From Klebsormidium nitens (taxonomy: Eukaryota > Plantae > Klebsormidiophyceae): a stretch of DNA of 64,000 nt. The stretch spans positions 310,001 through 374,000 of the forward strand of contig DF236964.1 in NCBI GenBank assembly GCA_000708835.1, written 5' to 3'. Below, in pieces: positions 39,641 through 50,350 of this stretch (its first letter is position 1; the number at the start of each line of letters is the position of its first letter). The notes under the pieces are model-generated. The model was not told the DNA's origin and did no database searches. It was given only the letters and a program-made list of their open reading frames with translations. Both the position numbers and the translations under genes were made by a program.

Positions 39641-41605
39641 CTCTCTCCACTTGCTTCGAAATCGATTAGTATCACTTGATCTCGTTGACCAAACCCAGGT
39701 TCTCACGTTAGCAACGCGTTGTGTTTCGACCGTTTCGAGCTCAACAAATTCAAGGTTCATTTCAGAAGTCCTGAAGTCTTCAGCCATAAAGGGCTGTCCC
39801 AGAGCTGACAGAAGGACAATGAGGCTTCGATCGGACGTCTTCTGCAGAAATAATGCATCAGCCCGTCAACGAACTTTTCGCAAAGTGACGGGTCAGATTG
39901 ATACCTTGTAGAGGATTCGATAGCACGCCGGGCTATATATTGTACCCTTGGTATTTATGGTGTTAGTGGGCGCTAACTTACGCTCTTTGAATCAGACAAC
40001 GAAGTCCTGGCGCTAGTGTGGCTTTCCTATGGCCATTTTTCTCATGCTTTTTCAGGCTGACGTCGCGGATGAGCCCTGTGGCAAAGGACTCAACTTGTTT
40101 CGTCTGCAGCTCGGTTCTAGGGCCGTCTAGAAAAAGCAGAAGATGTATGTGCGCTTCTGATTTGGCCGCGCTCTGCCGGTTCAAAGGACGTTGTCTCTTT
40201 CGTGTCGATAGATAAAAAAGACAACTTTATCCAGTCTGCAAAGGTTGCGCGTTTGGCAGTGCACGGTTTCGAGCGGGCTTTGTGCACTGTGCGCGGTTTC
40301 AGACGACGGGCGCGTACAAAGCGGCAGCCGCCTGCCGACCAACTGCGAAGTTCGAACCACGCGCGCAAATTATTCGAGCGACGAGGACCATTCGTGTCCG
40401 TGCGATGAAAAGGTCAAAACGTACGGCTTATCGTGCGGCCAGGAAACGACGATTCCCGTTTGCCTCTCGTTGACTCTCGTGTCGAGTTTCGTGTCGACAC
40501 TTCCGTGACGTTGGTCGACTTTCGGTGTCAGAGGAATCTGTTTGTTTGGGATCCGGGATTCCGGTCCGCTTTCATCGAGCGTGCAATGTCCGCAGACCAG
40601 GAAGCCGCCACGTGGCCGCCACAGCCAAGGACAGTCACAGTCTGGCCCTTGAGTCCGTCCGGGGTCAAAAGTCACAGTATCCCCCTTAAGAATCTAGACC
40701 TGCTAGACCAAATTACAAGGTGACCCTGTGTTCTAGTAAGTCCTTATATAAAAATGCTATATTGCTGTGATTCAAGTGATTCCTGCATGTTGCCATGATG
40801 CCTGCACTTCTCATATATATCACCTCATGCGCTATGCACCTGGGTGTGCACGCGTTCATTAATACGAAGTGACCATCACTAATCAGCAACATCTCGGCCT
40901 TGGAACTTTAGATACACAGCTGAGCAACCAATGAGCAACGAATCGCTTTTTCAACTTCTACCTGGTTTGGCTGCATTCAGCTGCCGGTGGGGGAGTCTTT
41001 AGTAGCTGGTGAGCGAGCCTTATGTGTCCGTTTCGGTAGGCCATTGTACTGTAGAAATATTTCATTGCATAATAGGTGCCACCACCCGCTGTGCACTGTA
41101 ATCTTCAGGGTGTAAGAAATTGCAGCTTGCCTGAATGGGGCCTGCATCATGCCTGGTTAAGCAGGGCAGGAAACTCTAGCTAGCGTGATCTGCTGCGGGG
41201 ATTAGACAGACGATCGAATCTGATCAGTGCCGACCATATGATGAAAACCTTCAGCTAGCATTGCAGTGCAAGCAGAGTAGCAAGCCTGTGGCTGAGAACA
41301 TTTTTGCAAGCCAGTCAAGAGTCTTGCCGTTTCCTGACCGCTCAAGAAACTGTATGTTGTCTTGCCCTTGCAGTGCCCCAGTAGCTGCTGTAATCTTCCA
41401 GTACCATGATTCAACATCTTAAACCCTGTTACCCCTATTTGAACTGAAGGGTCCCCACAGGCCGATCTGAGCTGCAGGTCTGTGATGTGCCGTGCCTTAA
41501 TCTACTCCATAGAAAGGCATATTACAGATATTGGCTCGGGAATGGTTGCTTTCATTCAAATGTAAGTCCTATTCCAAATTTGCTTGTATTTGCAGATCAG
41601 TTGCG

Positions 41606-44600
41606 ATGGGGGTGATGAGCGGTGCTAGTCTTCTCTGTGCACTTTTCTGTCTCTACTGCACCACGTGCACATGCACGGACACGCTATCTGGCATTGCTGA
41701 GGTGAGTCGCGCCGCGACAATGATTAGCAGAGCTAGGCCCCACACATTCTCTCAGCAGCCGAGGCTTGGACCATCATTTCTTTCTCCGCATGATGCTCCC
41801 AGGCTCGGTTGCATCAGCAACGAAGGCAGCAACAAGTTTTGGTACAGTATTGCCGTTATGCGGCCCTTGCATTCGTACGAGAGACTGCACTATACATGGG
41901 GCAGTCACTCTGTGCTTGCATTTTAAATGATGCACACTGCGCACATGTATACCACATCATTTAGTTCTATGATGATGGAAGAGCAGCCAGTCCCATCATT
42001 TTAGTATCTCAAACCGGCACTCTAAAGCCCGCGTGGGTCTTCAATGCAATCGCCAGAGTCTAATCACACTCACAGTTTCCGTTGCATGAGCACTGGCGAT
42101 CGCGCAACCTACAGGCCGCTCCCTAGAGTGGTCTTCAAATGTTCCTGACTGACAAAGTATGTTCCAACTTATGCTCCGCAGGACGTGGCCAAACCTGCCG
42201 TCCCTGGGGGTCGCCGCCTCCTGCAGCAGGCCGCCCCCCTGTGCACTGCGGCCGGGCAGTACAAAGCCGACCCGGCATCGAGCTGCACTTCCTACTGGCA
42301 GTGCACAGCGAGCGGCCAGGGCTTCTACCGCCAGTGCGGCCCAGGGACCGCCTTCAATAACGCCTGCTCCTGCTGCGACTTCCCCTCCAACTTCGTCTGC
42401 GGGGGGGGCGGCGCCACCCCTGCTCCGACCACCAAAGCACCCACCCCTGCTCCGACCACTAAAGCACCCACCCCCGCCCCGACGACCAAAGCGCCGACTC
42501 CTGCCCCGACCACAAAGGCACCTACCCCCGCCCCGACGACTAAAGCACCAACCCCTGCCCCAACGACCAAGGCACCCACCCCTGCTCCAACGACAAAAGC
42601 ACCGACTCCCGCCCCAACTTCCTCAGGCAAGCCTACTTCAAAGAAGGTTTTGCGTGTGCAAATCGAAAGCTGGTTATTGTATTCCCTGCCAACTGCGCTT
42701 CTGCCAGAGCAGTACAAGTATGGTAGGATCACAGCTGGTTTAGGTTATGGTTAAGACGAAGGACTGACAAAAGTAAGGTCATAGGCGAGTCTTTCCGTGC
42801 TCGAAAACGCAGCCTGCACTGATCTTCTTTCTGGTCACTTTCAGAAATGCGGAGGGTAAGAATGCTTAGAAAAGAAGCGGACGTCAGTCGAGGCTGTTCA
42901 AGTCAAAAGCTGGTTAGAGGGCACTCAAAACCAAATGTGGTCAAGAGCAGAAGTTTCTGTGAATCTGGTAGCAAGGAGCATCGAGGGCTTCAGCATTCGT
43001 CTTCAACCCACTTCATCAGAAGTGACCAAGCTTGGTTAACTGTGGAATCTCCCTGTGATATTGCAGGCGTGGGCGGCTGCCCTGCCGGCTGGCTGCCAGC
43101 AGTGGGCACCCTCTACGATAGCTGGCCCAAGCCTGGCACGACCGAGTGCATCACCTATTCCGGGTGTGAATACGCCGGTCAATTCTCTCTGGTCGACCCC
43201 GGTCCTTGCGGCGGCCCGTGCGCCGCGGGGGCGCAGTCTCTGAACGGCGGCCTCTCTCCCCCCAACGTCTGCTGCCGCTGGCCCGAAGCAAAGGTCGCCC
43301 AATGGTCCATGGCTGCCACGTGGGAGCGGGACAGCGCACTCCTGGGAAGGAAGCTCCAGGTGACCACTGCCCTTCGCATCGCGCAGTGCGGCTGGCGGTA
43401 AATTTAGGAATCGATAGCGTACATTTCGCGCGTAGTGTACGGTCTTTTGGCCCCCCTGCCTTTCGAGCGTTTCCGAGCCCGTCAAGCGTTTTGCGGGTTT
43501 GAGAAAGGGGACATGGAAATGCGGAGAGCTCATCAAGCCAGCAACGTCTAGGGGTCTGCCTACCTTTTTCTCTTTCCTTTGTGCCCCCATGCTCAGCCTT
43601 GCGCCTTGCAAGCCTGATACGCCCTGCCTTCCTGCTTGTCTATGTTACCTGCACAGATGTTTGCCTACGAGTGACTTTCGGTTCTGATTGCGGCAGCTCG
43701 GTTGTTTTGCCGACTTTTTGGGGCTTGACCAGGAGCGCGTGCAACAGGTGGTGGTCTTGGTTCCGGTCAGCTGGCAAGCTACCCATGCAAGATTCAGTTC
43801 GGAACCGGACCCGCTTCGGATCCCCTTAGGATGGCGTTCAGACACAATGTAACATTTCGGACCTGTCCGGACCGCGTCTGAAAGAGTCTAATTCGGACAG
43901 AACTTCTGGTCCGACGCGAGTCCAAACCTGGTCCGAACCTGGTCCGGATCCAATCCGAACTTTCATGTCCGTCTTGCAGCATCAGTCTGAAGCATGTCCG
44001 AAACGGGTTCGAACCAGTCCAAACTCCGTCTGAACCGCACTTAAGTTCGGATCGACTTCGGACCTAGTTCGGACAAAAGGTTTCTCGCAGTGGGGCCGGC
44101 CAAGTCATGCGCAAGATCCACTTTTGAAAGCCTTTGAGCAGATTGGGACATGCAAGCAGTATTGCACGCATACCGCGTCCAGATAGGCACATCCTTGAGG
44201 ATGTTTGCTTGCCATCACCCCAAGCAGGCTTTCCCGAGAAGCTCGATGAACGCATCCGGAAAAGTAACGTTCTACCTGCATGCTCGCAGCACCCATGAGA
44301 GGAGGACGCAAGCTTCGAGCCTCTCGTCTGGAACGACCCCTCCAAGTAACGGTCCTAGATCAAGCGTTTCTTGGGACTCAATTACTAAACCGATCCAGCG
44401 CCCCCTTAATGTCAGGTACAAGTGCTCGGGGGGGCAGGGACCACCGCGTTCGTGAACGTGAAGGACGTGTGCAGCGACTTGGACTGCGAAGGGTGTTGTT
44501 CTCAGAACACGGGGAATGGGGCTTACAAGCTGATAGACATCGAGAAATGGCCTGCGAGTACGCTCCTTGGGTTCCAGCACAGCAGCCCAAGCTTCGACAT

Positions 44601-44706
44601 CAACAACGTGCCCTCCCCGGTCCAGAATGGGAGGCGCCCCGGCGCGGACGCGGGCGTCATGGCGGTGTGCTACAAGGATGCGGGCCCCGCTGATAGGATC
44701 CCGTAG
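41606..44706 (+). CDS. Secreted protein: signal peptide, RRLLQ propeptide motif, CBM14 (peritrophin-A-type chitin-binding) domain, Pro/Thr/Lys linker and C-terminal double-psi-beta-barrel (RlpA/expansin-like) domain; exons 41606-41701, 42182-42626, 43067-43359, 44416-44706
   Basis: Exon 1 is MGVMSGASLLCALFCLYCTTCTCTDTLSGIAE|gtgagt. The CBM14 pattern C-TAAGQYKADPASS-C-TSYWQ-C-TASGQGFYRQ-C-GPGTAFNNACSC-C-DFPSNFV-C is at 42242-42400. The C-terminal region reads GTLYDSWPKPG..ECITYSGCEYAGQF..LLGRKLQV..VNVKDVCSDLDCEGCCSQN...LIDIEK. Phases are compatible if intron 2 uses the GC donor at 42627. Confidence 0.85.
42416..42619 (+). repeat. Coding 27-bp tandem repeat: 7 full TPAPTTKAP units plus a partial unit
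   Basis: Read directly; the seven full units differ only at third codon positions. Confidence 0.95.
43790..44075. repeat. Imperfect palindromic (fold-back) element rich in ttcgga/tccgaa motifs, in intron 3 of the CBM14 gene
   Basis: Central stem tcggacagaa-c-ttctggtccga at 43893-43914. Outer arms ttcagttcggaaccggacccgcttcgga (~43793-43820) and tccgaaacgggttcgaaccagtccaaact (~43997-44025). Many ttcgga motifs lie on the left and tccgaa/gtccgg motifs on the right. Confidence 0.62.
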
Positions 44707-46329
44707 GTCGTTTGATTAGAGAGTCATATGTCCGTAGAGTTTTGTTTTGCTCATTGGGCAATATTTATAGAAAGACCCTGCTCTTGCGTTGAGATGCCCG
44801 ATTCCTGATTGTTTGGAGGTTTCGAGACCCATTAATTGGATGTGAGTGTTTGCAGTCAAGTGTGTACTTGGTTCGTCCAAGTAATACAGATTCAAACGTT
44901 CAAAATTGCAATTATATGCAGGTGATTGATTGTGGCTTTGGACACGTCGTACAAAGATAGGATGAACGGGAGGGACATCCTTAAACGGTAGATCATTCTC
45001 AATGTTTTGTACCGAGGAAATTATCGACGTTTCATAGTCAAAATACAGAGTCACATATTGATCATAGTATTCAAAGGCAATCATTGAACACAATAGGATC
45101 ACTTGAGCCAGCTTGACGAGGTCAAAAGGCCGGGGTCCATTTAGGCGTCTAGTTTATATAACCTCCCAACAGTTCTTTAATCTGCCGGCCTGAGTGGACC
45201 GTTCAACTTAAGTGCCATTGAAAGGTCATGCATTTTGACGTCACTCTTCAACGAGATTGCAGTTGACAATTTTGCGACGGCTTCCCAGGTTATAAAGTCG
45301 ATATATACCGCCCATTTGTTATCAAAGAGAAACCGCTTTCCGATGGATGAAAACACCAAGTTTGCGGACGTACCCATGCGCCATCCCGACGCAGTCAGTG
45401 ATGCCACGTCCGTGACAGACTCGGCCCGATTGGCTTTACTCTCGATCAACTCACTCGTCCAGCGCTCTCACGATATATATTTACGTTACCGCAGATAGCC
45501 AAGCGCGCGGGTTCTTTCAGCATGCCACGTTCTTACCTATATGTGCATGGCACATGCGCAACTGAACCTTCACTGGCATGTGGCGGCGAGTAAGTGCTCC
45601 ATCAAGCTAGCCTCCGACACGAGTGATCGAGCCAGCTGGTCTTATTATTTCACCATCCATTGATTCTCTCATATGTTTACGGCGTCGCACTCTTGCTGGG
45701 CTGGCTGCACATTGGTTTTGGAAGCTGTAGGAAAACGACAGACTCATTGGCGTTCCGGAGGCTTCTTGTTAATTGCCGCTCATATTTCTGTGGCTGTGCT
45801 TTGACTGGCATGTCCCATCTGGAACGTTCTCTGAGGCAACTCTTGAAGGTAGGCGGCCTTCTGATCTGGTAACAAGTTCTCACCGGAACAACTTCGTGGG
45901 CTGCGGCGTCAACGTCTCAATCTTCCGACGGAAGTGCTTTACCATGATTTTACGAATAGACTTTGTTGTAATTCGCCCTTTTGACGAGGCTGCGCAGCGT
46001 GTGAAAGCCCGTTTCGGCAAGCGGGCCGAATTCGAAGAGAACTGAATCTTGTCGACCCAGCTGCTAAAGACGCTCACAAGACTAAAGAGGGACCTCCAAC
46101 GAAAAGTTTTGGTTTTGCTAAGCCGCACTGTTATCTGACGTTGTCTTCCTTGCAATTGCCCATATACGTGTCCCTTCACGTGCTGCGGGTGTCGAGGAGC
46201 TCGCGTCATTGCTTGCATGAAAGGCCGTCTGTTGAGCTCAATCCCCTTCATCTTTGGTCTTAGACGCGAAACTCGCTGCCACTGGGCGGTCCCTTCGCCG
46301 CACACGGTAGCCATCAGTTAATCGCTTCT

Positions 46330-48211
46330 TCTTTTGATCTGAAAAAGGACGAGGATAGTGTCAACAAGCTCCGTGGAGGACCCTCCCTCACGACTGATCA
46401 ATACAGACTGGCCAAAGCAGCCGGCCGCGACCTGCTTACTTCAAACGGCAAACGAAGGTAAGTTCGCGCTAGCGTACCGCGCTGATGGTGTGGTGCGAGG
46501 CTGTGTTGCGCAATGACTTTCACGTGGATCGTACTTTCAACACCTCCGCGCTTAAAGTCACGGATGTTGGCGAGGACAATCAGCTGCACTGTGGCCAGCC
46601 GGCGCCCACACTGGTGGTATCGTTGGGATTCAGTGCTGAGCCGGAATTAATTGTACGTCCACTACTACCGTTGCAACTCTTCGCGGTCGACCTGTAGCGA
46701 CTCTCTTAAGCAGACGTTTGTGTGAACGTTGGGCAGTGATCTCAGAGACGATCTGGTCATATCGCTGGGCCACACAGGTCCGACTCTCGAACCAATGAGC
46801 CGCCCGCGCGTGTCCGCTATTATGTATTCCTCATGTCCGTCTACGCGTTGTTCAATCCTCTAGGCTAAGATCTTTCGAACCTATTAGTCAGAAATGGGCA
46901 AGGACTTGGAGAATCCTGCAGCATACTGAGCGCATCAAGTTCAATCTCCTGCCTCCTGGCAGCGCGGTCTGCCACCCGATGACGGCAGATGAACCCGTTC
47001 AAGGTCGGGCGAGCTACATACCACCCACCCACATTTCCTGCGCGGATGACCATATGAGGCTTAAATGCGACTGCGAACTTGAGTGCAGGCCCGTGACAGT
47101 GCAGAAGACTGTGTAACAAGTGATCTGGTGTTCGGCAATTGAGCGCACCAGTGCGCTTCGCTTAGGCATTACAAGCCTCTCCATTTGCAGTCTCTGCTAA
47201 TCTCCGTCGCTTCATGCGGCATATTTAAGCCCTGATGTAGCTGTCCGAATCCTTCTCTCGTTTTCCGAGCAACTTTCTGATCTTTCGGCAATCTTACACA
47301 ATTTTGGAACCTGCGGCTCGAAGCATCTTCAAATCAGGTTGGAACACTCCCCCTAATCGCATCCGTTACAGAATTATCGACTTCCATTGCATTGTCGACG
47401 TCGTGCGCCCACCCCGCAACTTTCCTTTGCAAGGTTGGTAGTACCGCGTACGATCTGCTAGCAGATCACATGTACGACTCTCAACCTGGCGGCACGTGCA
47501 GAGCGTCTGGCAGTCGCTTTAGCCCCGGCGTTGAGCACAACATCTAAGTTGAGAGGTTGGGTTGAATGACCCGTCAACCTGTTGAGTTCTGTGGCCGGTC
47601 GCTCCAACATGCAGATGATGACCCTTGGTGCTACTACAGCTGGCATGTTTCAGGCCCCTTGTAACCACGTTGTGGGCTGACGTCACTTCGAAGGTGGCAG
47701 ACGCCTTGATTTGGAATTTCGGACGATAGGCGCTTCAAGGCGCCATGTCTGAACCCTTTGGGAAGGACGCAAGTCTGTGCAGCGGACTTGTCGAGGTCTC
47801 CTATCTCATCAACCCGAGGGGAAAAGATCTTCTTCGTGATTACCTTCGTGTTTGCAGGTTTTTGAATCGACCTTGACGTGGGATTTGAGAAGCTTGCAGA
47901 TATGACTTTTTGGTTCAGTTTTTTATAGATAAGTTGGAATGGACTAATGCTTGCACGGCCCGCATCTTTACTTCCGCTTGTCATTCAAGTCTTTTTATCA
48001 CAGTTTCCTTCGACGTTCTTTTCCCGGCCCCCGGAGCGCCAACACAGGCGCCCTTCTGATCATCTTCCTCTTTCCTAAGCGCAAGCTCCAGAAAGAATAC
48101 CATTTCAGGATCTCCTCCCGTGCGAGAAGTTATCAGCTTTGCCCTTGAGGATTTCAGACATGGTGACTCACAAGTACGGGTAAACGGAAGCCTTTTCAAC
48201 CGCCGAGGCAA
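46330..48211 (-). pseudogene. Decayed P-loop NTPase (AAA+-like) coding relic with a downstream region paralogous to 28950-29650
   Basis: A Walker A-like CVGAPGAGKRT lies at 48040-48014 (R where S/T is expected). A Walker B-like KKIFSPRVDEIGDL has its DE at 47810-47805, about 70 codons downstream after a frameshift. Stops are present. Confidence 0.4.
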
Positions 48212-49699
48212 GAAAGCATCTTGTTTGGGCCCAATAAACTCTGTACTCTTCGACTCCGGTTTCTAGCTCTTTAACAACGAATAGGACAATGGTCTTCCCA
48301 CACTAGTCTTGCGTTTATGCCACTCTGTGTGGCTCCTGCTTTTGGAGTGGAACTTTCCGTGTCCAAGTGGTTGATGGCTATGCCGTAAATTGATAGTGAA
48401 TGTGCGCGCGCGCGGCCCTCATTTTTGAGGTAGTATTTTCCAAGTGCTTCGAAATCCAGGTACGTAGATGCGTGGCTAGGACAATTGCATCTGAGAGATT
48501 GTGCTCAATGGTGGACAACACGTACTGCAGTACTGCAGTGCTCAGCTGAGTCGCACGCATCGCTTTCGACATGTTAGCGAGCAGGCTTTCTGATCGTGGG
48601 CTCCCCGGATCCGGCAAGAATCTTGATGGATTTGCAGAGTGTCAAAGTCGGAAGCTTCAAATAATTTCCGCATTGCTTCAAGAAAGCTAAGCTTCGATGA
48701 TTCTGAAAAGGACTAGCTGTAATTGATACAAGAAAGCGTGTCCCGCCCAGCTGTTTCGAAAGCCCACTAAGAGGATTTTTGCATTTGTGGATACTGGCTC
48801 CTCGGATCTGCTGCAATGAAAGTAAAACAAGCTCAGCGGTCTTTTCGTTGCACAGCTTGCGGACGTTTATGTCTCGCGTCTGGACATGCATGACAAATCA
48901 TTACGTCCTCGCCCGTCCCTTCGAATAGAGTTCCTCGAAATCATCATCAAGGCAGCGGCCCAGAATGATTGAAACTACGAGACAACGAGTACGAACTTGT
49001 AGCCACGTCCCATTAATTCTGTCATCAGGACTTTGTGTGACCATCGGGTTATTACTTTGGTTCTGTGACATCGGGCTATGATCGGTAGCAATCTAGTCAT
49101 TCGCTGGCCCTTACGGTCGTCATAGGAAGGTCGCTAATAAGCCGCCGGCCTGCTTTCTCTTAAGACGTAAGTTCTTGTCTGTCGAACGAGTAAGTTTATC
49201 TCGTTCTCCGACGATTGGCCGGGAAAAGCTCTCAGACTAGCTCATTGCGTCTCTACAAACTCACAGCCCATTCCTGGATTGAATAAGGGGCCACGGGCCA
49301 AGGTGATACCGCGTTCGAAACTTCCCCTGGCCTTACTCTTCCATACTAGTCAAATTTCCCTTCCCGTCACGGCCGGTCTGCAGTATAAGAGTAAAGGCAC
49401 CCGGTCGAGAACATTCCGGTAGCGTCTAGCGGCGCAATCTACCCCTCGCTTACTTTATACGACCCCTCTCAGGTGCACCTCGTGGATTGAGAGGGAAAGC
49501 CATATATCTGCAGCCAAAATAATGTGGCCAAATGATCCTAGGGATTCAAGCCGCTAGGCTTCGAGTTGAGCTGCCTCGAGTGGCCCGATATGGTGAAAAG
49601 CAAGGCGGCGATCTGGATCGGCTGAATTTTATGTCCCTGAGTCTCACCAGCAGGCGTCTCAGTCAAGCTTTGACATTCTCAGTCAAGTAATGATGGCCA

Positions 49700-50350
49700 A
49701 GACGAGGCCACCGCAGTGAGCAACACCGTCACCTGTGCAGCTCATGTATCCTACTCTTATTTAGAGCAGAAATTTTGTGACTTCCCCGGCTTACTTTGGC
49801 CACCAGCGCTCCATGTGGGCATTCGTTACATAAACTGCCACGTCGTCGCTTGCAGCTTAGTGGCCGTTTCAAAGAACTTCCTAGATCTATTTTTTGAGAG
49901 AATCAAGATCCAAACATAGCAAGATTTCGGCCCGCCTGGCAATGATTGCACCGCAGAATCCTGGGGCGGACTCGAGCGCCCGGGAGACTATGGTTTGCAT
50001 GCGGGTCCAAAAGAGCCAGAAGACCGGCAAAAGACGTCGGTGTAACGGGCCAAACATGAAGTCCGTCCACCAGACAGGCTGGCTCGAGATCTGCCAGAGA
50101 CGCTCTGGCGAATCCAAGAAATTGACTTCACGAGCTAGCACACGGGTGCTTGCGTCGGCAAAAGTTTGACTCAATCGATCGGTCCAGGTCCGCCATCCAT
50201 GCCTCCGATGGCCCTCCAGATCTGGGCCGCTCGGTACCTTTAGAGACTTTTCCTTCGTCTACTTAACGACGTTTTTCATTATATAAAATGTGAATTGCAG
50301 TTGACAAGGAGGGAGACGCGTGCGTGAGAAGGGCTGTGCTCGACCATATG
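49700..50350 (+). pseudogene. Dispersed copy of the GND/LRR-like unit
   Basis: Anchor ttcggcccgcctggcaatgat (ggc at 49938), KLTSRASTRVL block at ~50120-50152, and a gacgcgtgcgtgagaagggctg block at ~50316. Confidence 0.7.

Noticed and set aside
40744-40754. TATA-like tatataaaaa as promoter of the CBM14 gene
   Set aside because: It is ~860 bp from the ATG and similar tatataa strings are frequent across the window, including inside pseudogene units; it cannot be supported without TSS data.
42325-43611. Minus-strand ORFs 42325-42732 (VGAGVGA repeats) and 43036-43611
   Set aside because: These are antisense shadows of the GC-rich exons of the CBM14 gene.
44716-45102. 128-aa AT-rich minus-strand ORF behind the CBM14 stop codon
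   Set aside because: No recognisable motif and no splice or paralog support; probably 3' UTR or intergenic sequence, or an unidentifiable relic.
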